Assembly (NCBI GenBank): GCA_963169695.1
Contig: CAUJDS010000062.1
Span: 10,792-42,791, forward strand
Direction of reading: 5' to 3'
Source of the DNA: Bdellovibrionota bacterium
GTDB taxonomy: Bacteria > Bdellovibrionota > UBA1018 > CAUJDS01
Length of the DNA stretch: 32,000 nt
Shown here one piece after another: positions 25,153 to 32,000 of this stretch (the stretch's first letter is position 1; every line of letters starts with the position of its first letter). The position numbers and the translations under genes were made by a program. Below the pieces are notes generated by a model. It was not told the DNA's origin. It ran no database searches and saw only the letters and a program-made list of their open reading frames with translations.

Positions 25153-26328
25153 ATGTTCAATAGAACACTTAAACTACCGTTATCACGAAGTTTTTTTCTA
25201 TTTGGCCCTCGTGGAGTTGGAAAATCCACCCTCCTAAAAGTCCTCTTTCAGAATGAAAGCCCTCTCTGGCTCGACCTACTCAACCCAGACCTCGAAAGAC
25301 AATTTTCGAGAAGCCCTTCAGGTCTTGGGCTCCTGCTGGAAAGAGAGATAACCAAATCACGGACCAAGCCTCACTGGGTAGTAATCGATGAGGTCCAAAA
25401 AGTACCAGAGCTACTCAATGTCGTTCAGGCCTGGATGAGTAAAAAGCAGTTTCACTTTGCGTTGACGGGGTCGAGTGCTCGCAAACTAAAACGAGGTGGT
25501 GCAAATCTATTGGCCGGAAGGGCTTCATGGTTTGAGCTCTTCGGACTTTCCACGGTGGAACTTGGAGATCGCTTTGAAATCGAAGACTCATTGAACTGGG
25601 GCTCCCTTCCCGAGATCTTTTCCCTGAATGAAATGGATCGTATCAGGTACCTGAAGGCCTATGCGCAGGTCTACCTCAAAGAAGAAATCCTAGCAGAACA
25701 GCTCGTCAGAAAGGCTCAGCCCTTTCGGGAATTTTTGACTCTAGCTGCCCTTCAAAATGCTCAGATCATCAATTTTTCAAAATTTGGAAGGGACTGTGGT
25801 GTCGACACTACAACCGTCCAAAACTACTTTGAAATCCTCTGCGACACTTTGGTAGGTTTTCTTATTCAACCCTACCACCGATCTATTCGCAAGAGACAGA
25901 GAACGAATCCCAAATTCTATTTCTTTGATACGGGTGTCACTCGAGCACTCGCCGGTTCGTTAGAAAGCAAACTCACTCCTCAAACCACCGCCTATGGAAA
26001 GATGTTTGAACAGTTTGTTGTGACAGAGATTTATCGTCGCGCAAAATCGCTGGAGAAAGACCTGAAATTGAGCTATCTCACAACCAAGGATCAAGGCGAG
26101 ATTGATCTGATCGTTGAGCAAACTTCACATCCACCTGTTGCCATTGAAATTAAATCTTCCCGCAGCGTAGATGAAGTGGCTGTCCGTCGCTTTTCTCGAC
26201 TAGCTTCTGACATTCCAAAGGCCATTCCTCTTTGGATATCACAAGATCCTACACCGAAAAGAATTCAAGGAGTCGAGTGTCTCCCTTGGAACCGAGGCAT
26301 CGAATTTCTTATGCAAGGTCCACCCTAG
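25153..26328 (+). CDS. ATP-binding protein, AAA-family with DUF4143-like C-terminus
   Basis: 391 aa; Walker A FLFGPRGVGKSTLLKVL, Walker B HWVVIDEVQKVPELLNVV, sensor FALTGSSARKLKRGGANLLAGRA, C-terminal nuclease-like EIDLIVEQTSHPPVAIEIKSS. Confidence 0.9.
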   Translation: MFNRTLKLPLSRSFFLFGPRGVGKSTLLKVLFQNESPLWLDLLNPDLERQFSRSPSGLGLLLEREITKSRTKPHWVVIDEVQKVPELLNVVQAWMSKKQFHFALTGSSARKLKRGGANLLAGRASWFELFGLSTVELGDRFEIEDSLNWGSLPEIFSLNEMDRIRYLKAYAQVYLKEEILAEQLVRKAQPFREFLTLAALQNAQIINFSKFGRDCGVDTTTVQNYFEILCDTLVGFLIQPYHRSIRKRQRTNPKFYFFDTGVTRALAGSLESKLTPQTTAYGKMFEQFVVTEIYRRAKSLEKDLKLSYLTTKDQGEIDLIVEQTSHPPVAIEIKSSRSVDEVAVRRFSRLASDIPKAIPLWISQDPTPKRIQGVECLPWNRGIEFLMQGPP

Positions 26329-26980
26329 GACAAAGCTCGCTGAGAAAGCAATCGTCGCAAAGGGGCTTTCTTGCCTGGCAGATAGCCCGGCCGTGATCAA
26401 TCCATAGGTGATTGAGAGCGGTCCAGTTTTCTTTTGGAAAGACCTTCATCAAATCAAATTCGACTTTGGTTGCATCCTTATTCCGTGAGAATCCAAGCCT
26501 CCGCGCAAGTCGACCCACATGAGTATCTACGACGACTCCAGGGATTCCAAAGGCGGTGCCCAATACCACATTGGCTGTTTTGCGACCCACGCCGCGCAAG
26601 GCGGTCAGGGCTTCTAGGTCTCGAGGAACTTCACCCGAATGCTGCTCGACCAAAGCCTGCGATAGCTTAAGAAGCGACGCGGCTTTGTTGCGATAGAAGC
26701 CGGTGGAGTGAATCAAGGCTTCAAGCTCGGATTTCTTGGCGCGAGCCATGGCAGGGGCATCTGGATATTTCTCGAAGAGCTTGGGCGTCACCTGGTTGAC
26801 CCGCGCGTCGGTACACTGTGCACTCAAGACCGTAGCGACGATCAACTCAAAGGGATTGCGAAAATGGAGGCTGCATTTGGCGTCAGGGTAGTGAGACCTC
26901 AAAAGCTCGAACATCTGAGAGCCGCGCTTTTTTAGGGATGCTTGCGACTCAGCCATGAAGCTACTTGCTCGACTTTCCAA
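26309..26980 (-). CDS. nth: Endonuclease III
   Basis: 223 aa; HhH LEALTALRGVGRKTANVVLGTAFGIPGVVVDTHVGRLARRLG and [4Fe-4S] cysteines CQARKPLCDDCFLSELC. Confidence 0.95.
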   Translation of the reverse strand: MESRASSFMAESQASLKKRGSQMFELLRSHYPDAKCSLHFRNPFELIVATVLSAQCTDARVNQVTPKLFEKYPDAPAMARAKKSELEALIHSTGFYRNKAASLLKLSQALVEQHSGEVPRDLEALTALRGVGRKTANVVLGTAFGIPGVVVDTHVGRLARRLGFSRNKDATKVEFDLMKVFPKENWTALNHLWIDHGRAICQARKPLCDDCFLSELCPRVDLA

Positions 26981-28599
26981 GTATTGATGATCTGATCGCG
27001 AGGAAGGAGCGCTTTGCGGGCAAGTCCAATACCATGCACGGTATCTTCCAACCCTTCCAAAGAGTGCGCATCTGGATTGATGGACGTCAGCATTTGCACC
27101 TCGCGAATTTCAGGGCCCCACCGCCAATCAATATCCAGTCGCGTAGGATGCGAATTGATTTCGATTGCGACGTCATGGTCCTTCGCTTCCTGAATCAATC
27201 GAGGAATATCAATGTCATAAGCCTTTCGTCCTAGGAGCAATCGTCCAGTCAGGTGCCCAATAAAGCGTGTGCTAGGATGCCGAATGGCCTTGAGGATTCG
27301 ATCCGTCATTTCTTGACGTTCCATTTTAAAACGCGAGTGGATCGATGCAATCACGAAGTCAAACTTCTTCAAAACACGATCCGGATAATCCAACGAGCCA
27401 TCTTGAAGGATATCGCTCTCAACACCCCAAAAAACTCGAATCTCTGGATAACGTTCTTGGACTTGGCGAATTTCTTTTTCTTGAGACTTGAGGTCGTCTT
27501 CCTTTAAGCCTCTTGCATAAAACGCGGACTGGCTGTGATCCGAAATACCAATGTAGCGATACCCAAGGTCTCGAGCTCGCCGAACCATCGAATCCAAATC
27601 CGCCTTTCCATCCGAACGTGTCGTGTGTGTGTGAAACACCCCCTGAACATCATTCCACCCAACGAGTTTGTCCCACTGGGGTGTTCGAGCCATGGCTACT
27701 TCTTCCCCTGTCTCGCGCGACTCGGGGGGTATCCACGGGAGCTTCAACTTGCGATAAAAATCCACTTCGCTCTCGGAGTCAGGTGCGGTCTTGATCTTCA
27801 ACGCCTTCCAATGAGCCTCGGAAGAAGCAAGTTTGACGCTCGTTCCGCCAAAACTTTGCGGGCTTGTCCAATGGAGTTGAATCGGAAAACGCTCCTTCGA
27901 ATCCTCACGCCATTCCTTAAGTAGTGCGTCTGCTTTCTTCTGCAGAGTCTTTTGGTCCTTAGCTTCCGCGACGATCAAGATCTCGAGCTTCTCCAAGGTT
28001 TCGAGTCGACGTGCAAAGGCTCCAACAGGTTCAACTCGTAGGCCCTTGCCCAATCGCTCTTGAAGTAACTTCTGAACCGCTTGAAAAACCGGCCGCGCGT
28101 CGACCCACGACTTGAGATTCTGCTGGGACTTCAAAAACTCAATCCCCTCTAAGACCTGCTTTTGGAGCTTTTCTCCAAAGCCTTTCATTTTTTGAAGGCG
28201 GTTCTCTCGACAGGCGTATTCCAGCTCGATCAGGGTGTGCACGTCTAGGTCCTCTATAACTTGACGCGCTCGCTTTGGACCCAAGCCAGGGATCTTAGCC
28301 ATTTCGCGAAGCCCTTCTGGCAATTCTGCAGCAAGCTGATCTCGCTCGAGGCTTTTGCCAGTCGTGCCGTATTCTGCAAGCAGTCCCTCTATCCCTTTGC
28401 CAATTCCATCCAACTCTTGGAGCGTTCCGGCCTGAAGCCGCTTTCCAAATTCTGCTTCCGGCAGTTCACCAAGGACTTTGAGAGCCTTCTCATAGGCTCT
28501 GAGCCGAAACGGATTGCCCCCCGAGAGCTGAAGGACTTCGTAGACATCTCTTAGTAGAGATAAATGATCATCTTTTTGAACGCTTTGCCACTTTCCCAT
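26932..28599 (-). CDS. polX: DNA polymerase/3'-5' exonuclease PolX-like (PolX + PHP domain)
   Basis: 555 aa; HhH (LQELDGIGKGIEGLL, IPGLGPKRARQVIEDL) and PHP domain GVFHTHTTRSDGKADLDSMVRRARDLGYRYIGISDHSQS ... FIGHLTGRLLLGRKAYDI. The polymerase catalytic aspartates are not obvious in the palm region. Confidence 0.88.
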   Translation of the reverse strand: MGKWQSVQKDDHLSLLRDVYEVLQLSGGNPFRLRAYEKALKVLGELPEAEFGKRLQAGTLQELDGIGKGIEGLLAEYGTTGKSLERDQLAAELPEGLREMAKIPGLGPKRARQVIEDLDVHTLIELEYACRENRLQKMKGFGEKLQKQVLEGIEFLKSQQNLKSWVDARPVFQAVQKLLQERLGKGLRVEPVGAFARRLETLEKLEILIVAEAKDQKTLQKKADALLKEWREDSKERFPIQLHWTSPQSFGGTSVKLASSEAHWKALKIKTAPDSESEVDFYRKLKLPWIPPESRETGEEVAMARTPQWDKLVGWNDVQGVFHTHTTRSDGKADLDSMVRRARDLGYRYIGISDHSQSAFYARGLKEDDLKSQEKEIRQVQERYPEIRVFWGVESDILQDGSLDYPDRVLKKFDFVIASIHSRFKMERQEMTDRILKAIRHPSTRFIGHLTGRLLLGRKAYDIDIPRLIQEAKDHDVAIEINSHPTRLDIDWRWGPEIREVQMLTSINPDAHSLEGLEDTVHGIGLARKALLPRDQIINTWKVEQVASWLSRKHP

Positions 28600-28685
28600 A
28601 CTGGTCTCAATATCACAGACCGAGGAGAGGCTTTACTAATCTAACCAAAACAGGCAAACCTAGGATCCTATAAGGAGTTTTAACC

Positions 28686-29279
28686 ATGAGTGCACGTCTA
28701 TCGAGTCGTCCCTTGGCCTTTGAAATTACGCAGACCGATCCCAAGCGCCTCTCGCTTATGCGAGACAGCCTATGGGTTTTGAGTGGAAGCATCGTACTTG
28801 CCTTGTCGTCTAAGGCAAGTCTCGTACTACCTGGCACAGTGATTCCAATGACGTTGCAAACGCTCGCAGTCCTTCTCCTCGCCACCACGTTGGGTTCGCA
28901 TCGAGCAGCTGCCGCTGTAGTACTTTACTTAGTAGAAGGTGCATTGGGTGCTCCGGTTTTTGCTCTGGGTGGAGGAATTGCGGTCCTCATGGGTCCCACT
29001 GGCGGATACCTCCTGGGCTTTTTACCAGCGGCCTACCTTGTTGGTCGATGGGCAGAAAAAGGCTGGGATCGCCAACCTGTAAGTGCTGGAATTATTTTTC
29101 TTCTCGGTCACCTAGCCATCCTGCTGTCAGGAGTCACTTTTCTTTCGGCTTGGATCGGTTGGGACGCAGCCTGGATTCAAGGTTTTTATCCGTTTGTTCT
29201 GGGAAGTTTCTATAAATCCATTCTTGGAGCGATTGCAGCTCCCACGGCACTAACCCTCTTCAGCAAGGAAAGATCATGA
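28686..29279 (+). CDS. bioY: BioY-family biotin transporter S component
   Basis: 197 aa; VIPMTLQTLAVLLLATTLGSHRAAAAVVLYLVEGALGAPVFALGGGIAVLMGPTGGYLLGFLPAAYLVG. Confidence 0.93.
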   Translation: MSARLSSRPLAFEITQTDPKRLSLMRDSLWVLSGSIVLALSSKASLVLPGTVIPMTLQTLAVLLLATTLGSHRAAAAVVLYLVEGALGAPVFALGGGIAVLMGPTGGYLLGFLPAAYLVGRWAEKGWDRQPVSAGIIFLLGHLAILLSGVTFLSAWIGWDAAWIQGFYPFVLGSFYKSILGAIAAPTALTLFSKERS

Positions 29280-30289
29280 GCGCACCTACTCGGATTGGCA
29301 TCAACGGCTTTGGCAGAATTGGTCGAAAAGTATTTCGACTGTCGCTTCAGAATGACAACGTCGAGGTCGTCGGTATCAATGACCTCGGAAATATACAGAC
29401 CCTTGCTCACCTTCTCAAATACGATTCGGTACATGGCAACCTCCAAGCATCCATCCAGGTCGACGGACAGAACCTGATTGTTGACGGGAAGAAGGTACGA
29501 GTATTTTCAGAAAAAGATCCCGCTGCGCTTGGGTGGGACAGCGTTGCAACACAGGTCGTGCATGAATGCACGGGCATCTTCAAAGACAAAGAGAAGGTCG
29601 CCAAACACATGAGGCCTGGCGTAAAGAAGGTCATCATTTCTGCACCAGCCACGGATCCAGACCTTACGATTTGCATGGGCGTGAATGAGGCCGCTTATCA
29701 GCCTTCACAACATCATATTTTGTCCAATGCCTCTTGCACCACCAACTGTTTAGCGCCATTGGCGAAGGTTCTGGACGATCACTGGGGAATCGTGCGCGGA
29801 AGCATGACGACGATTCATAGTTACACCAATGACCAAAACATCCTCGACCTTCCACACAGTGACTTGCGACGGGCGCGAGCTGCAGCTTTATCCATGATTC
29901 CGACTTCAACTGGCGCTGCCAAAGCGGTGGGCCTTGTCCTTCCTCACTTAAAGGGCAAATTGGATGGATACTCCGTACGCGTACCAACACCCAATGTGTC
30001 GCTAGTAGACTTTGTCTGCGAAACCAAGAAGCCCACATCTGCCAAAGAAATCAACGACGCCTATACGAAAGCCTCCACTTCTGAACTCAAAGGCATCTTA
30101 GCCGTCTCTGACGAACCGTTGGTCTCTTGTGACTACAATGGCAATGTTTCAAGCTCGACCGTCGATATGGAGTTGACCAAAGTCATGGATGGCAACTTTG
30201 TAAAGGTAGTCGCTTGGTACGATAACGAATCTGGTTTCTCGCAGCGAATGCTAGACCTCACGCTCTTCTTGGCCAAGAAGGGACTGTGA
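29276..30289 (+). CDS. gap: Glyceraldehyde-3-phosphate dehydrogenase
   Basis: 337 aa; IGINGFGRIGRKVFR, ILSNASCTTNCLAPLAKVLDD, WYDNESGFSQRMLDL. Confidence 0.98.
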   Translation: MSAPTRIGINGFGRIGRKVFRLSLQNDNVEVVGINDLGNIQTLAHLLKYDSVHGNLQASIQVDGQNLIVDGKKVRVFSEKDPAALGWDSVATQVVHECTGIFKDKEKVAKHMRPGVKKVIISAPATDPDLTICMGVNEAAYQPSQHHILSNASCTTNCLAPLAKVLDDHWGIVRGSMTTIHSYTNDQNILDLPHSDLRRARAAALSMIPTSTGAAKAVGLVLPHLKGKLDGYSVRVPTPNVSLVDFVCETKKPTSAKEINDAYTKASTSELKGILAVSDEPLVSCDYNGNVSSSTVDMELTKVMDGNFVKVVAWYDNESGFSQRMLDLTLFLAKKGL

Positions 30290-31467
30290 TGAAGAATATC
30301 CATTCCATCCGAGACCTGCGCATTGCCAATCAGCGCGTTTTTATGCGTGTGGACTTCAATGTCCCTTTGAGCGAGCCCGATGCCGAAGGTCAAAGAAAAA
30401 TCCTCGAAGACAATCGCATTCAAGAATCCATTCCATGCATCAAGTATGCATTGGAAAATGGAGCGCGACTGATTCTGGCGTCTCATCTGGGCCGGCCCGA
30501 CGGCAAAGTGAGCCCCGAGTACTCGCTTGAACCTATCGCAGCCTACTTGGCTGAGGCACTTGGCGTGGAGGTTCTGCTCGCAGAAGACTACCTCAGCGAG
30601 GGATTCGAACTCCTGGTTCAGACCATGAAACCCGGAACCGTTATCCTTCTTGAGAATTTGCGCTTTCATGGAGCAGAAGAAGCTAATCAACCCGAGTTCT
30701 GTCACGCATTGGCGCGATTCACCGACATCTATGTGAGTGACGCCTTCGGGACCGCGCATCGCAAACACGCGTCCACTTATGGCCTACCTCAATTGATTGC
30801 AAAAAAAGGTGCAGGCTTCTTAATTGAGAAAGAACTAGAATTTCTGGAGCCTCTTCTCAAGGGACCCGCAAAGCCTTTTTATCTGGTTCTTGGTGGATCC
30901 AAGGTCAGCGATAAAATCAAGATGGTCGATCAACTTCTTAAGCATGTTCAGGGCGTTCTGATTGGTGGAGCCATGGCCCATGCTTTTACGAAAGCAAAAG
31001 GGATGACGCTACCGCCGAAAGCCAAGCAGCCGGCTGATTCGGACGTTGACTGCGCTCGCACGATCATGAGGGATGCTGAGCGAAGAGAGATTCCGCTCTT
31101 ACTTCCAGTTGATACGCTCGAGGGCTTTGATATCGGCCCTCGTACGGTGATGGCTTTTTCTGATTTTTTAACAAACGCCAAGACGATTTTTTGGAATGGT
31201 CCCTTGGGTTGGTTTGAAAATCCAGAATACGCTTCAGGCACGATGAATGTCGCAAAGGCTATCGCCAAGATCCAAGCGATAAAAATAGTTGGTGGTGGTG
31301 ACACGGTTTCAGCAATCAAACTCAGTGGCGTCGCAGAAAGTTACAACCATCTTTCAACGGGTGGCGGAGCTGTGCTGAAGTATTTGGAAGGCAAGGGTCT
31401 TCCAGGAATCGACGTGCTCAAGTTTGATCCCAAGCGCGTAGAGCCAGCAGTACTCTCAGGAGAATAA
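30289..31467 (+). CDS. pgk: Phosphoglycerate kinase (ATG at 30289; track uses GTG 30286)
   Basis: VFMRVDFNVPLSEPD, RLILASHLGRPDG, GALENLRFH-type ILLENLRFHGAEEA, FWNGPLGWFE, GGGDTVSAI. Confidence 0.98.
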   Translation: MKNIHSIRDLRIANQRVFMRVDFNVPLSEPDAEGQRKILEDNRIQESIPCIKYALENGARLILASHLGRPDGKVSPEYSLEPIAAYLAEALGVEVLLAEDYLSEGFELLVQTMKPGTVILLENLRFHGAEEANQPEFCHALARFTDIYVSDAFGTAHRKHASTYGLPQLIAKKGAGFLIEKELEFLEPLLKGPAKPFYLVLGGSKVSDKIKMVDQLLKHVQGVLIGGAMAHAFTKAKGMTLPPKAKQPADSDVDCARTIMRDAERREIPLLLPVDTLEGFDIGPRTVMAFSDFLTNAKTIFWNGPLGWFENPEYASGTMNVAKAIAKIQAIKIVGGGDTVSAIKLSGVAESYNHLSTGGGAVLKYLEGKGLPGIDVLKFDPKRVEPAVLSGE

Positions 31468-31468
31468 G

Positions 31469-32000
31469 ATGGCTCAACCTCAGCAGCGCAAGATCTGGGT
31501 GGCTGGCAATTGGAAGATGAACCAATCGCGCGAGGAGATTCGAAGATTCTTTGAATCCCTCAAACAAAATTGGACTCCAACCGAAAAAGTAGCGGTCGCC
31601 CTATTTCCAACTGCACTTGGAATTGCGCAGGCTCAAGAATCGTCAAAAGGCATGGGCATCCAGATTGGAACTCAAAATGCCCATTGGGAAAAGTCTGGCG
31701 CCTATACGGGAGAGCTATCAGGGCCACTTCTCAAAGAAGCAGGGGTCAATCTCTGCTTGGTGGGTCACTCTGAACGGAGACAGTACTTCGGAGAAACCAA
31801 TCAGACCGTGCACCTTCGGACCAAAAGCCTTTTGTCACAAGGGCTTCACGTCATGGCATGCATTGGTGAGACACGCCCCGAACGTGAATCCGGAAATACC
31901 AACAACATCCTTCAGGCACAACTCGAGGCTCTACTAATGGCGGGAGACGATTCCTTTCGCACGCAGGCTTGCGAGCGTCTAGTAATTGCCTACGAGCCAG
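31469..32000 (+). CDS. tpiA: Triosephosphate isomerase, 5' part (runs off window)
   Basis: ATG at 31469, MAQPQQRKIWVAGNWKMN ... IGTQNAHWEKSGAYTGELSGPLLKEAGVNLCLVGHSERRQYFGE; open to the window end. Confidence 0.97.
   Translation, partial: MAQPQQRKIWVAGNWKMNQSREEIRRFFESLKQNWTPTEKVAVALFPTALGIAQAQESSKGMGIQIGTQNAHWEKSGAYTGELSGPLLKEAGVNLCLVGHSERRQYFGETNQTVHLRTKSLLSQGLHVMACIGETRPERESGNTNNILQAQLEALLMAGDDSFRTQACERLVIAYEP

Noticed and set aside
25153-26328. AAA/DUF4143 ATPase as part of a new defence system
   Set aside because: This family is common as a stand-alone gene, and here it sits between a DUF3817 membrane protein and nth with no partner genes.

Overview
This 32 kb window is bacterial chromosome. 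The protein signatures resemble a Deltaproteobacteria/Bdellovibrionota-like lineage, but that is inference and not searched. Most of it is housekeeping: ArnT/PMT-like glycosyltransferase, YkgJ-type cysteine cluster protein, acyl-CoA dehydrogenase, TauE/SafE permease, two glutaredoxins, BolA, RNase D, release factor 3, AMP-dependent acyl-CoA ligase, SLT transglycosylase, AAA/DUF4143 ATPase, endonuclease III, PolX, BioY, and the start of a glycolytic operon (gap-pgk-tpiA). There is one tRNA-Glu(UUC), with a duplicated 3' end 192 bp away. The accessory part is about 15.24-19.94 kb. It holds a palindromic repeat element and a degenerate half copy, a secreted unknown protein, a HigBA-type toxin-antitoxin pair, and a 955-aa exported protein. 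The large protein appears by eye to combine a polymerase-beta-like nucleotidyltransferase motif set, an H-x-T...G-x-G-x-Y ADP-ribosyltransferase-like motif and HEAT-like helices, and its gene is bracketed by exact GTACCTAAACG repeats. This is my best candidate for something undescribed. Other points: a second toxin-antitoxin pair where a ribbon-helix-helix domain is fused to an MNT nucleotidyltransferase with a palindrome over its start codon, an unannotated 51-aa extremely basic protein ORF, and an in-frame TAG in what looks like the true N-terminus of the acyl-CoA dehydrogenase.
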